Shown one piece after another: positions 37,425 through 47,540 of a stretch of DNA of 64,000 bases; position 1 is the stretch's first letter; every line of letters begins with the position of its first letter. Source of the stretch: an uncultured Chloroflexia bacterium (lineage in GTDB: Bacteria > Chloroflexota > Dehalococcoidia > UBA2979). The notes under the pieces were generated by a model that saw only the letters and a list, made by a program, of their open reading frames with translations, did no database searches and was not told the origin of the DNA. The stretch is from assembly GCA_963728205.1 (NCBI GenBank), contig CAVSIV010000006.1, positions 224,001 to 288,000 on the forward strand, in the 5' to 3' direction. The position numbers and the translations under genes were made by a program.

Positions 37425-38357
37425 ATGACCCGCTCGCTCCCCGCCGCCCCCGCCGCCCTCGGGCTCGTGCGCGACGAGCCCCTGGCGCGGCACACCTACA
37501 TGCGGATCGGCGGGCCCGCCGCGTACTTCGGCACGCCGGCCGACATCGACACGCTCGTCGCGATCGCGGCCTGGGCGCGCGACGCCGGGCTGCCGCTGCG
37601 CGTGATCGGCGGCGGCTCGAACGTGCTCGTCTCCGACGACGGCGTGCGTGCCGTCGTCGTATCGCTGCGCGCGGCGTGCGGCGCCGTCGCGTTCGACGGC
37701 GCGCGCGTGACCGCCGGCGCGGCGGTGATGCTGCCGCGGCTCGCGCACGAGGCCGCCGCGCGCGACCTCGGCGGGCTGGAGTTCGCGGTGGGCATCCCCG
37801 GCGCGATCGGCGGCGCGCTGCAGACGAACGCCGGCATCGGCGACGGGCGGTGCATCGGCCCGCTCGTGGAGTCCGTCGCGGTGCTGCGCCCTCCGGCGGC
37901 GGAGCGCCTCGTCCTCGCGCACGACGACATCGGATGGGAGTACCGCGAGACGAGCCTGCGCGGCTCGGGGGACATCGTGCTCGACGCCACGCTCGGGCTG
38001 GTGCCACGCCCGCGCGCCGAGGCGGAAGCCGAGATGCGCCGGCTGCTCGAGGCGCGCCAGCGCTCGCAGCCGACCGCCTCGCCGAACGCCGGCTCGACGT
38101 TCCGCAACCCGCCGGGCGACGCCGCCGGCCGCGTGATCGACGCCGCCGGCTGCAAGGGCCTCGCGGTGGGCGGAGCCCGCGTGAGCGAGCTGCACGCGAA
38201 CTTCGTCGTGCACGACGGCACGGCCCGCGCGGCGGACGTGGCGATGCTGATGGCGCAGGTGCAGCGGCGCGTGCGCGAGGCCACCGGCGTGCGGCTGGTC
38301 CCGGAGATCGAGTGGTGGGGCGACGGTACGCCGCCGGAGGCGTTCGCGGCCGGATGA
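37425..38357 (+). CDS. murB: UDP-N-acetylenolpyruvoylglucosamine reductase
   Basis: HTYMRIGGPA, GGGSNVL, GIPGAIGG, AGSTFRNP, HANF, PEIE. Confidence 0.93.
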   Translation: MTRSLPAAPAALGLVRDEPLARHTYMRIGGPAAYFGTPADIDTLVAIAAWARDAGLPLRVIGGGSNVLVSDDGVRAVVVSLRAACGAVAFDGARVTAGAAVMLPRLAHEAAARDLGGLEFAVGIPGAIGGALQTNAGIGDGRCIGPLVESVAVLRPPAAERLVLAHDDIGWEYRETSLRGSGDIVLDATLGLVPRPRAEAEAEMRRLLEARQRSQPTASPNAGSTFRNPPGDAAGRVIDAAGCKGLAVGGARVSELHANFVVHDGTARAADVAMLMAQVQRRVREATGVRLVPEIEWWGDGTPPEAFAAG

Positions 38358-39169
38358 ACGCGGAACACGCGTCGGCGCCGGTCGTGACGCTGACCACCGA
38401 CTTCGGCACGCGCAATCCGTACGTGGCCGCGATGAAGGGCGTGGTGCTCGCGCGCTGTCCGGGCGCGCGCGTCGTCGACCTCTCGCACGAGATCGCGCCG
38501 CAGGACGTGCTGGAGGGCGCGCTCTTCCTCGCGGCGGCGGTGCCCCACTTCCCGCCCGGGACCGTGCACGTCGCGGTGATCGACCCCGGCGTCGGCACCG
38601 CGCGGCGCGCGATCGCCGCCCGACTCGGCGCGCAGACGCTCGTGTGCCCCGACAACGGCCTGCCGACGCTGCTCGAGCGCGCGCTGCCGCCGACGGCCGC
38701 TCACGCGATCACGTCGCGCGACTTCATGCGCGACGACGTCAGCGCGACGTTCCATGGCCGCGACGTGTTCGCGCCGGCGGGCGCACGACTGGCCGCCGGC
38801 GCGCCGCTCGCGAGCGCCGGCCCGGCCGTGCCGCTCGCCGACCTCGTGCGGCTCGACGTGCCGACGCCGCACCTCGACGCGCGGGGCGGAGCTGCCGGCG
38901 TCGTGATCCACGTGGACCGCTTCGGCAACGCGATCACGAACCTGCGCGCGACGGATCTGCCGGCGCTCCCGGATGCCTGTGTCGCCGGCGGAACACGCGT
39001 GCGGGTCGTTCGCACCTACGGCGACGTCCCCGCGGGCGCGCCGCTCGCGCTGATCGGCAGCAGTGGGCTGCTGGAGGTCGCGGTGAACCGGGGCAGCGCC
39101 GCGAAGACGCTGGGGCTCCGGCGGGGTGACGCGGTGAGCGTCGACGCCGGGTCGCGCGCGGGCGGCTAG
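38354..39169 (+). CDS. SAM hydrolase / SAM-dependent halogenase family (DUF62)
   Basis: [43 protein letters not shown]. Confidence 0.92.
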   Translation: MNAEHASAPVVTLTTDFGTRNPYVAAMKGVVLARCPGARVVDLSHEIAPQDVLEGALFLAAAVPHFPPGTVHVAVIDPGVGTARRAIAARLGAQTLVCPDNGLPTLLERALPPTAAHAITSRDFMRDDVSATFHGRDVFAPAGARLAAGAPLASAGPAVPLADLVRLDVPTPHLDARGGAAGVVIHVDRFGNAITNLRATDLPALPDACVAGGTRVRVVRTYGDVPAGAPLALIGSSGLLEVAVNRGSAAKTLGLRRGDAVSVDAGSRAGG

Positions 39170-39849
39170 GTCGCGGCCGCCGGGAGGCCGGCGAGTGTGC
39201 GCGCACGGGCGAAGATCGCGTCGAACATCGGCTCGGTGAGCACGCCCGTGAACGTGTTCTGCTGGCTCGGATGGTAGGAGCAGAGGATCGTGCGCTCGCC
39301 GGGCAGCGCAACCTCCACGCCGTGCCCGAAGCGCGGCCGCGGGCGCAGGCCGGCGTGCCGGGCGAGCAGCCCGTAGGCGAACGAGCCGAGCGGGACGAAG
39401 ACGCGGGCCCCGTCCAGCAGCGCGAGCTCGCGGACGAGGAAGGGCGCGCACGCGTCGCGCTCGCCCGGCGTGGGCTTGTTCGCGGGCGGCGCGCAGCGCA
39501 CGCCGGCGGAGATCCAGGCGTCGCGCAGGCGGAGGCCGTCGCCGCGATGCGTGCTGGTCGCCTGGTTCGCGAGGCCGGCGCGGTGCAGCGCGCGGAAGAG
39601 CCAGTCGCCCGACCGGTCGCCGGTGAAGATGCGCCCGGTGCGATTCGCGCCGTGCGCCGCCGGCGCGAGCCCGACGATCACGATGCGCGCGCGCGGATCG
39701 CCGAAGCCGGGGACGGGGCGCGCCCAGTAGTCGTCGTCGGCGAACGCGGCGCGCTTCTCGCGCCCGACGCGCTCGCGCCACTCGACCAGGCGCGGGCACG
39801 CGCGGCAGGCGACGACGTCGTCGTGCACGCGATCCAGGGAATCCGGCAT
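39166..39849 (-). CDS. Uracil-DNA glycosylase (family 5, UdgB-like)
   Basis: CRACPRL Fe-S ligands, [22 protein letters not shown]. Confidence 0.93.
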   Translation of the reverse strand: MPDSLDRVHDDVVACRACPRLVEWRERVGREKRAAFADDDYWARPVPGFGDPRARIVIVGLAPAAHGANRTGRIFTGDRSGDWLFRALHRAGLANQATSTHRGDGLRLRDAWISAGVRCAPPANKPTPGERDACAPFLVRELALLDGARVFVPLGSFAYGLLARHAGLRPRPRFGHGVEVALPGERTILCSYHPSQQNTFTGVLTEPMFDAIFARARTLAGLPAAAT

Positions 39850-40003
39850 GGCCGCAGCCTACCCGGTCGGCCGCGGACGGGTCAGTTGCCGCGCACATCG
39901 GGAGAATTGCGCGAATTTTCTGCCGGGACCCCTCAAGTCGGCCCTCCGCCGGCCGAACATCTCGATGAGGGACGGGTACGCACCGAGTGCGGACTGGTTC
40001 TGA

Positions 40004-40096
40004 CTCGAACGAACAGGCAAACCCGTCGAGAGGCGGGGGCGCAAAGGTACAGGCCTTCACCTGCCGCGGGGCGGGACAGGCGGCTGACCTGCCGAG
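40004..40096 (+). ncRNA. Cyclic di-GMP-I (GEMM) riboswitch
   Basis: GGCAAA-CCCGTC-GAGA-GGCGGG-GGCGCAAAG...GGCC...GGCGGC..CTGCCGA; P1 CTCG/CGAG; directly 5' of ATG 40107. Confidence 0.88.
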
Positions 40097-40106
40097 GCGA
40101 GCGAAG

Positions 40107-41645
40107 ATGCGCAACCGTGTTTCCTCCGTCCTGCTGCTCGCGGTGATCTTCATGGTCGCTGCGCCCTTTGCGACCGTGCCGCTGCGGGCACACGCCGCGG
40201 CGATGCCGACGGTGGGGAGCGCGCTCCCGCTGGCTCCGGCCGGGAACGGCAACTCCAACGGCAACGGCAACGCCGGCGACACCGGGAACGGCAACGGGAA
40301 CAGCGGCAATGGAAACGGGAACGGCGGCAGTACCGACGCGCCCGCCGCTGCGCCGGTGACGCCGGCTGTGACCGCCCTCGCACCGGCACCCGCCGCGCCG
40401 GCGCCCGCCGCGCCCGCGCCCGCGCCCGCTGCCGCGCCCGCAACCACCGCCGCACCCGCCGGGCCGGCACCCACCGCCGCACCGGCCCCGGCCACCGCGT
40501 CCTCGACCGTTGCTCCCGCCTCGGCGCCGGCGTCCGCGCCGCCATCGCGGGCGCCCGCCGTCACGAGGACAACGGCGGCCCCGACCGCGGCGGTCACGAC
40601 GTCCGCACCGGCCGCCGCCACCGCGCCCGGCAACAGCGGCGACCACCGCAACGCCGCCGCGAATACGCCGGTGGTCGCGGCGCCCGACGTCGCCGCGACG
40701 ACCGACGCCGCCACGGCGCCGGGCAACAGCGCCGACCACCGCAACGACACGCACGCGAACGCGTCCCCGGCCCCGGCCTCGGCCGCCGGCGCAACGGCGC
40801 GGACGCCGATCACGCCGCTGCCGGCTCCCTCCGCGACCCCTGCGACGGCCATCGCGGCGCCGGGCAACAGTGCCGACCACCGCGACGACGCCCACGCGAG
40901 CACCCCGGCCGCCTCGGTGCCGCACACCGCCGCCGCGATCACGCGGGACGTAGCGGGCGGCGATGACGCGACCAGGCCCGCGACGACCGCCGCGGCCGCG
41001 ACGCGCGTGCGGGCGGCGACGTTCTCCGACGAGGCCGTGCCGCCGCCGTTCGTCGCGCACCCGGCTGCGGCGGCATTCCCGGCCGGGGCGCCCGGCCCGT
41101 TCCTCGCGTTCCCCGGCACCGGCTTCGCCGCCGTGCCCGCGTCCGGCTCCGCCGGCTTCGCCGGGCCCGCGGCGACCGCGACCGCGACGACCTTCGCGCC
41201 GACGATCGCGACGGTGACGGCCCGCTTCGCGACGCCGCCGGCAATCGCGACGCCGGCTGCGGACTTCGCCGGTCTGGCGACGTCGAGCTTCGCGGCGACC
41301 GCCGTCGCAGCCCGATTCGTCTCCACCTCGACCACGCTCGACGCGCCGCGCCGGGTCGTGATGCCCGCCGGCGGCTTCCTCGGCGCCGGCGCCCCGGCGC
41401 CCGTCGCCGCAGCGCCGAACGCTGCGACGGAGCCCGCGAGCGGGTTCCTCGGCACCAGCGTCGTTCCGACCGAGCACCCCGCGGCGCAGACGGATGCGTC
41501 CGGGCGCGTGGCGAGTGCGGGCGCCGGCGTCTCGCTCCGGGGCAACGCGTTCCTCGGCACGGCCGCGGCCGCGCCGGCCGCCACCGCCGTGGTGTCGCGC
41601 TGGGTGCCCATCGCCACCTCGGGCTTCCTCGGCGTCACGCACTAG
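40107..41645 (+). CDS. Secreted low-complexity Ala/Pro/Thr-rich repeat protein
   Basis: Signal peptide ending RAHA; GN-rich tract; 3x APGNSxDHR; 4x FLG motifs. Confidence 0.75.
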   Translation: MRNRVSSVLLLAVIFMVAAPFATVPLRAHAAAMPTVGSALPLAPAGNGNSNGNGNAGDTGNGNGNSGNGNGNGGSTDAPAAAPVTPAVTALAPAPAAPAPAAPAPAPAAAPATTAAPAGPAPTAAPAPATASSTVAPASAPASAPPSRAPAVTRTTAAPTAAVTTSAPAAATAPGNSGDHRNAAANTPVVAAPDVAATTDAATAPGNSADHRNDTHANASPAPASAAGATARTPITPLPAPSATPATAIAAPGNSADHRDDAHASTPAASVPHTAAAITRDVAGGDDATRPATTAAAATRVRAATFSDEAVPPPFVAHPAAAAFPAGAPGPFLAFPGTGFAAVPASGSAGFAGPAATATATTFAPTIATVTARFATPPAIATPAADFAGLATSSFAATAVAARFVSTSTTLDAPRRVVMPAGGFLGAGAPAPVAAAPNAATEPASGFLGTSVVPTEHPAAQTDASGRVASAGAGVSLRGNAFLGTAAAAPAATAVVSRWVPIATSGFLGVTH

Positions 41646-41791
41646 CGCAGTCTTGCCACGGCCCCTCCGGGGGCCGCCGTCCGCCGCCGCGCCACCGCAA
41701 GTGCATCCCTGATGACGGGGCCGCCCGCAGCCGATGATCACGCCAAGGACCCGCGCCGACCGCGGACGAGGGTCACACCGCTGGAGGTCTC

Positions 41792-44419
41792 GTGCGGGGC
41801 CGGAACCCCATCCCGATCGGTCTCGTCGCCGCGGTGCTGGCAGCGCTCGCTCCAGTGATCGCCGGCGTCGCGCTGCTCCATGGCGCCGCCACCGCGAGCG
41901 GCGGCGGCGCCGCGCTCGTCGACGCGTCGAACCTGCGGGCGGCGCTGCTCAACGTCGCAGTCGCCGCCGACCAGGCGCGCGCCGAGCGCGATCCCTCGAT
42001 CGTCACGACCGCCGTCTCCGCCATCACGAGCGACCGCGCGACCCTGGCCGCCGACCTCCCGCCGGGTGTCCTGACCGGCACCGTGGTGCGAGCGCTCGCG
42101 GAGCTCGATCGCGCGACCTCGGCGCTCATCGCTGCGGCCCAGCAATACGCGACGGGCGCGCAGTCGACGGGCGCCGGCGGCGCCGCGTACACCGACGCCA
42201 ACCATGCGCTCGACACGCTCCTGTCCGACCTCGCGGCCGCGATCGACGGGACGTCGGCGGCGCACACGACGACCGAGACGCGGGCGCTCGCGCTGATCGT
42301 GCTCGGCGCGCTGCTCGGCATCGCCGGTGGCGCGAGCGGCTGGTGGCAGCGACGGCGCCTGCGCGCGACGGCGGGCCGGCTGAACCGCACGCTGCAGGCC
42401 GCCGCGCTCGCGATCCCCGACGTCGTGTTCCACGCGGACGGCGCCGGCCGCTTCACGACGGTGAGTCCCGCGATCCGGGCGCTGCTGGGCTGGGAGCCGC
42501 GCGAGTTGCTCGGACGGCCGCTCGCCGACTTCTGCGTGCTGGGCGACGGGCCCGGGGAGAGCACCGACGGGGTGCGGATGTACCAGGCCACGTGGCGCCA
42601 CCGCGACGGCCACGAGCTCACCGTCGCCACGCGCATCGTCTCGCGGGACGACGACGACGCGGACGGCACGCCGCTCGACGGCATGGTGGGGGTGATCCAG
42701 GACCCGCGGCCCGTCGAAGGGGCGGCGCGGGCGCTGCGCGAGAGCGAGGAGCGCTTCCGACACACGCTCGACACCGCGCAGAACGGGATGATGATCGTCG
42801 CGCCCGATGGGCGCGTGATCCTGCACAACGCGGCGCTGCGCAAGCTCGTCGGCTATTCGAACGAGGAGCTGTCGGGCCTGGCGATCGGCCAGCTGGTCCC
42901 GGCGGCCGACCTCGACCGCGTGATGGCGCTGTTCGCCGTGCGCATGTGGTCGGACGCGGCGCCGAGCCAGGACGAGTTGCGGCTCGTGCGGCGCGACGGC
43001 GAGACGCTGGAGGCGGAGCTGTCGGTGACGGCGTTCCGCCGGGGCGGGCGGAACGAGGGCGTGCTGGTCGAGGTGCGCGACGTCACGGAGCGCCGACGCG
43101 CGAGCGAGACGATCCGCCGCCTCGCGGACTACGACACGCTCACGGGGCTCGCGAACCGCGCGCTGTTCGACCGCCAGCTGCAGATCGCGCTGATGGAGGC
43201 GCGCGACGCCGGGCGCGCGGCCGGCGTGCTGCTGCTCGACCTCGACCGCTTCAAGCTGATCAACGACACGCTGGGGCATGCCGGTGGCGACCGCATCCTG
43301 CAGACCGTCGCGAAGCGGCTGCAGGAGACGCTGCCGCGCCGCTACACCATTGCGCGGTTCGGCGGCGACGAGTTCCTGGTGCTCGCGCCGCGGCTCGACC
43401 GCGCGGAGGCGATCCAGCACGTGGCGGCGCAGATCGCGGCGGCGCTCGAGGCGCCCGTCGAGCAGGACGGCAAGATGCTGCGCGTGAGCGGCAGCGTCGG
43501 CGGCGCGGTCTTCCCGGAGCATGGCGAGGACGGGGACGCGCTGGTGCGCGCGGCGGGCGCGGCGATGTACGAGGTGAAGGAGCGCGGCGGCAACGGGTTC
43601 CGGCTGTTCGACCCGGATCACTTCGGGTCGGCGTCGGACCGCCTGACGCTCGAGGCCGAGCTGCAGCGCGCGCTCGAGCGCGACGAGTTCCGCCTGCACT
43701 ACCAGCCGGTGGTCGACATCGCGTCGGGGCGCATCGTCGGCGCCGAGGCGCTGATCCGGTGGGAGCACCCCGAGCGCGGGCTGCTGGCCGCGACGGAGTT
43801 CGTGGAGGCGCTCGAGGAGACGGGGCTGATCATCCCGATCGGCGAGTGGGTGCTGCAGACGGCGTGCGAGCAGGTGCAGCGGTGGCGCTCGCAGGGCCTG
43901 CCCGACGTACGCATCGCGGTCAACCTCTCGGCGCGGCAGTTCCTCGCGCCGGAGCTGGACATGCTCGTGCGACGCGTGCTGCAGCACACGGGGCTGCTGC
44001 CGTCGCAGCTCGAGCTCGAGGTCACCGAGACCACAGCGATGCTGAACATGGAGGACGCGCGCCGCGTGCTGGAGACGCTGCGCGGGATCGGCGTGACCGC
44101 CGCGATCGACGACTTCGGCATCGGGCACTCGTCGCTGGCGCGCCTGCGCGAGTTCCCGGTGACGACGCTCAAGGTCGACCGCTCGTTCGTGATGCACCTC
44201 GACGGCTCCAACCAGGACCCCGCGATCGTGCGCGGCGTGGTGGCGCTGGGCCATGCGCTGGGGCTGTCCGTGGTGGCCGAGGGCATCGAGACGCCGGAGC
44301 AGCTCGAGATCCTCAAGGAGATGGGCTGCGATCTCGGCCAGGGCTACCTCTACGCGAAGCCCGCGAGCGCCGAGGAGTTCGAGGCGATGCTGACCCGCGA
44401 GGACCGTGCCGCCGCCTAG
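41792..44419 (+). CDS. Membrane-anchored PAS-PAS-GGDEF-EAL protein
   Basis: Two TM segments; DLDRFKLINDTLGH, RFGGDEF, AEALIRW, DDFGIGHSSL. Confidence 0.95.
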   Translation: MRGRNPIPIGLVAAVLAALAPVIAGVALLHGAATASGGGAALVDASNLRAALLNVAVAADQARAERDPSIVTTAVSAITSDRATLAADLPPGVLTGTVVRALAELDRATSALIAAAQQYATGAQSTGAGGAAYTDANHALDTLLSDLAAAIDGTSAAHTTTETRALALIVLGALLGIAGGASGWWQRRRLRATAGRLNRTLQAAALAIPDVVFHADGAGRFTTVSPAIRALLGWEPRELLGRPLADFCVLGDGPGESTDGVRMYQATWRHRDGHELTVATRIVSRDDDDADGTPLDGMVGVIQDPRPVEGAARALRESEERFRHTLDTAQNGMMIVAPDGRVILHNAALRKLVGYSNEELSGLAIGQLVPAADLDRVMALFAVRMWSDAAPSQDELRLVRRDGETLEAELSVTAFRRGGRNEGVLVEVRDVTERRRASETIRRLADYDTLTGLANRALFDRQLQIALMEARDAGRAAGVLLLDLDRFKLINDTLGHAGGDRILQTVAKRLQETLPRRYTIARFGGDEFLVLAPRLDRAEAIQHVAAQIAAALEAPVEQDGKMLRVSGSVGGAVFPEHGEDGDALVRAAGAAMYEVKERGGNGFRLFDPDHFGSASDRLTLEAELQRALERDEFRLHYQPVVDIASGRIVGAEALIRWEHPERGLLAATEFVEALEETGLIIPIGEWVLQTACEQVQRWRSQGLPDVRIAVNLSARQFLAPELDMLVRRVLQHTGLLPSQLELEVTETTAMLNMEDARRVLETLRGIGVTAAIDDFGIGHSSLARLREFPVTTLKVDRSFVMHLDGSNQDPAIVRGVVALGHALGLSVVAEGIETPEQLEILKEMGCDLGQGYLYAKPASAEEFEAMLTREDRAAA

Positions 44420-44633
44420 CCGGCGGCACGCGCGGAACCCCGTCCGCGGCCGGCTTCGCTCCGCTCGGCCGCCCGGCGGCGAGCTCCCGGCAGCGTCCGG
44501 TGGCCCGGGGGCCGGCATGTGGCTCGATGCATCGACGAAACCGGCCGCCCGGGAATACGGGCGGCTGGCACGTCGTCGCCGCGCTTCCTCGCCGTCGCAC
44601 GCTAGGCTTGCGCGCGGGAAGTGAGGGCGCGCC

Positions 44634-45743
44634 ATGCCACATCGTTCGCTGTTCCGGGACGACGACGGCACCGTGCGGCGTGACCTCGGGGAGGCGGAGA
44701 TCGCCGGCGTCGTCGCGGAGGGCCGCGGCACGCTCTGGGTCCACATCTCGCGCACCGGCACGGAGGACGTCGCGCTGATGGAGCGCGCGTTCCCGTTTCA
44801 CGCCCTCGCAATCCAGGACTGCCTGAACGACCGGTATCAGCGTCCGAAGGCCGACGCATACGGCGACCACGTCTTCGTCATGCTGCACGGCATCGATCAC
44901 GACGAGAGCGCGGAGCTCGTCGTCACCGAGGAGCTCGACACCTTCATCGGACCGAACTACCTGGTGACGGCGTCGTTGACGTCGCTCGCCGCCGTCGATC
45001 ACGTGTTCGGCATGGCTGCAGAGGACGGACACGCGCTCGACCGCTCGCCGGCCATGCTCGCGTATGCGGTGTTCGACGCGCTCGTCGACGGGATGATCCC
45101 CACGGTCGACGTGATGGGCGCGTTCGCCGACGGCGTCGAGGAGGAAGCGCTCACCGCCTCCGGCAACGAACTGCTCCCGGACATCCTGCGACTGAAGCGG
45201 TCGGCGCTGCGCGTGCACCGCGTGGTGATCCCGCAGCGCGACGTGCTGAACCGGCTCGCGCGCGGCGAGCACGCCGCGATCGGCCCGGACGCGGTCCCGT
45301 ACTTCCGTTATGTCTACGATCAGCTCATGCGCACCGAGGACCTCGTGCAGACGATCCGCGAGCGCGCGGAGAGCGCGTTGACGACGCACCTCTCGGCGGT
45401 GGGCATCCGGCAGAACGAGACGATGCGGGTGCTGTCGATCGTGGCGTCGATCTTCCTGCCGCTGACGCTGCTCACCGGCATCTTCGGGATGAACTTCGAC
45501 TACATGCCGGGGCTGGGCTGGCGATACGGGTACTTCACGGTGCTGGCGATCATGGTGGTCGTCAGCGGCGCCGTGATCTGGACGTTCTGGGCGAAGCGCT
45601 GGTTCGGCGCCGGCGGTCGCCGCGTGGTGCGGGTGCTGAGCTTCCGCGTCGATCCGACGCGGCTGGTCGCGACGTTCCAGGAGGCGTCGCGCATCCGCGA
45701 TCGCGCGCTGGACCCGAGGCGAATCGGGCGTCGCGAGCGCTGA
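44634..45743 (+). CDS. corA: CorA Mg2+/Co2+ transporter
   Basis: FHALAIQD..QRPK; QNETMRVL; FLPLT..GIFGMNF..MP. Confidence 0.93.
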   Translation: MPHRSLFRDDDGTVRRDLGEAEIAGVVAEGRGTLWVHISRTGTEDVALMERAFPFHALAIQDCLNDRYQRPKADAYGDHVFVMLHGIDHDESAELVVTEELDTFIGPNYLVTASLTSLAAVDHVFGMAAEDGHALDRSPAMLAYAVFDALVDGMIPTVDVMGAFADGVEEEALTASGNELLPDILRLKRSALRVHRVVIPQRDVLNRLARGEHAAIGPDAVPYFRYVYDQLMRTEDLVQTIRERAESALTTHLSAVGIRQNETMRVLSIVASIFLPLTLLTGIFGMNFDYMPGLGWRYGYFTVLAIMVVVSGAVIWTFWAKRWFGAGGRRVVRVLSFRVDPTRLVATFQEASRIRDRALDPRRIGRRER

Positions 45744-45820
45744 CCGCCGAGACGGCGGCGTCGTCTCGGCGAAGCCGGTCATGGACGGCGCGACTGGGTC
45801 GGCGCGCGCCGCCGGCACGA

Positions 45821-45850
45821 GAAGGGGACGGGCGCCGGCCCGTCCCCTTC
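45821..45850. terminator. Hairpin between convergent genes
   Basis: GAAGGGGACGGGC-GCCG-GCCCGTCCCCTTC. Confidence 0.55.
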
Positions 45851-45889
45851 GGCGCGTCTCGCCCCGAGATCGGCAGTGGGGCGAGCCGG

Positions 45890-46609
45890 CTAGCGCGCGC
45901 CCGTGCCGCCGGGCTGCCCGGTGATGAACTGCGCGGACGCCGCGATGTCGCGGATGTGCGCGACATCGGCGTCGATCTGCAGGTAGTGGTACGTGCCGGT
46001 GTCGAGCACGATCGGCGACGGCGGCGCGACGATCACGGACGCGGCATTCTTCATCTCCGGAGCCTGGTCGGCGGACGGCAGGATGAGCCGGCCCTCGACG
46101 CCGTCGACGGTGATCGGCTCGATTGTCGGATGCGAACCGTAGGGCTGCAGGTGGTGCGAGGCGATGAGCTCGGCCGCCTGCTGCACGGTCATCCCGCTTC
46201 CATCGAAGGCGAGCACCTGGACGAAGCCGTCGGGCCCGGACCAGCGCTGGTCGTAGCCGGCCTCGACGGTCCAGGTCGGCGGGTAGCGGAACTCGACGCG
46301 GAAGAGCGAGTTCGCGTAGACGCCACGGGCGAGCATGCCGCCGGTCGCTCCGCCGGTGGCGGGCGTCGGCGTGGACGGGGCCGCCGTCGGCGCCGGCGTG
46401 CGCGCGGGCGTGGGCGCGCTCGCGGTCGGTGCGACGGCGGTCGGCGTAGCGGCGGTCGGCGTGGTGGTCGCGGAGGGCGCGACCGTCGGGGTCGCGCTCG
46501 GCGAGGCGGTGGCCGGGCTCGAGCCGGAACAGGCGGCGAGCGAGCCGGCGACCAGAAAGAGTGCAAGCGCGGCACGCAATCTACCGGGCGCAATGGGGCG
46601 GAAGGTCAT
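45890..46609 (-). CDS. Lipoprotein with Pro/Thr linker and PsbP-like domain
   Basis: LAAC lipobox; TPT repeats; YAN..FRYPPTW. Confidence 0.78.
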   Translation of the reverse strand: MTFRPIAPGRLRAALALFLVAGSLAACSGSSPATASPSATPTVAPSATTTPTAATPTAVAPTASAPTPARTPAPTAAPSTPTPATGGATGGMLARGVYANSLFRVEFRYPPTWTVEAGYDQRWSGPDGFVQVLAFDGSGMTVQQAAELIASHHLQPYGSHPTIEPITVDGVEGRLILPSADQAPEMKNAASVIVAPPSPIVLDTGTYHYLQIDADVAHIRDIAASAQFITGQPGGTGAR

Positions 46610-46705
46610 CTAGCCTGCCTCTCGACGGTGGCGGGGGGTGTGGTGTGGTGCATGACGACGGCGGCGCGTGGGCGGTTCCAGCCGGGCAACGCCGCAATAC
46701 ATCGT

Positions 46706-46733
46706 GTATACTGCTTGATATCAGCAGTGATAC
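46706..46733. promoter_or_regulatory. AT-rich inverted repeat (operator/promoter) of the TA operon
   Basis: GTAT-ACTGC-T-TGATATCA-GCAGT-GATAC; contains TATACT. Confidence 0.6.
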
Positions 46734-46746
46734 TGGCGGTTGCGCG

Positions 46747-47112
46747 ATGACCAACCAGCAAACACCCACGGGCGATCGGACGTTCGGGGAGCGCGTGCAG
46801 GCGCGCCGGGCGGCGCTGGGCCTCTCGCAAGCCGCGCTCGCGGCGCGGCTGAGCGGGCTGCTTCCGGCGGACCAGCGTGTCGGGCAGACGTACATCTCGC
46901 AGATCGAGCGTGCGCGGATCTGGACCGGGCCGGAGAAGCTGCGAGCGCTGACCTCGGCCCTCGACACCACCATCGCCTACCTGATGGGAGAGAGGAGCGA
47001 TCCCATGCGTCCGCGTCCCCGCCCTGCCAGCCTCGGACTCGGTGAATCCGGCCACGCGGACACGGCGCGGCGCGCCGGCGAGGTGCGCGCGGAGCCCCGC
47101 GCGTGGCGCTGA
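46747..47112 (+). CDS. XRE-family HTH protein with VapB-like C-terminal tail (putative antitoxin)
   Basis: FGERVQARRAALGLSQAALA..YISQIER; tail RPRPASLGLGESGHADTARRA; overlaps PIN gene by 10 nt. Confidence 0.8.
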   Translation: MTNQQTPTGDRTFGERVQARRAALGLSQAALAARLSGLLPADQRVGQTYISQIERARIWTGPEKLRALTSALDTTIAYLMGERSDPMRPRPRPASLGLGESGHADTARRAGEVRAEPRAWR

Positions 47113-47519
47113 TCCTCGACACGGGCCCGCTCTACGCATCCCTTGACCGGTCGGACGCGGACCACGCCGTGTGCCGCCGGCTGATCGAAGAGTGCAGTGA
47201 GCCGCTGGTGATCCCCGCGCCGGTGCTCGTCGAAGTCGATTACTGGATCGGTGAGCGGCTCCAACCCGGGGTGCTCACCGCGCTGCTCGGCGACGTCGTG
47301 TCCGGCGCCTATGACGTCGCCGCTCTGCTACCAGAGGACTACCGCCGCATCGGCGAGCTGTGCGCGCGCTATGCGGATTCGGACATCGGCTTCGTGGACG
47401 CCGCGGTGCTCGCGATCACCGAGCGGCTCGGTGAGACCAGGCTCGCGACGCTCGACCGCCGGCACTTCGGGCTGCTCCGCCCGCGGCACGTGCCGGCGCT
47501 CGCGCTGGTGCCGGCCTGA
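47103..47519 (+). CDS. PIN-domain (VapC-like) toxin
   Basis: LILDTGPLYA, VLVEVD, GFVDAAV, ATLDRRHF acidic PIN residues. Confidence 0.93.
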   Translation: MALILDTGPLYASLDRSDADHAVCRRLIEECSEPLVIPAPVLVEVDYWIGERLQPGVLTALLGDVVSGAYDVAALLPEDYRRIGELCARYADSDIGFVDAAVLAITERLGETRLATLDRRHFGLLRPRHVPALALVPA

Positions 47520-47540
47520 CCATCGCGTTCCACCGAGCGG

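Noticed and set aside
38354-39169. Fluorinase/chlorinase
   Set aside because: Retains the Asp-Arg-His residues typical of SAM hydrolases and has no secondary-metabolite context
44425-44480. Possible further repeat family with CGCGGAAC/GTTCCGCG cores (also ~24140, ~31510, ~50915, ~57570)
   Set aside because: Matches too short and inconsistent to separate from chance at this GC content without computation
46747-47112. Prophage repressor
   Set aside because: No integrase or phage genes around; coupling to a PIN gene fits a TA module
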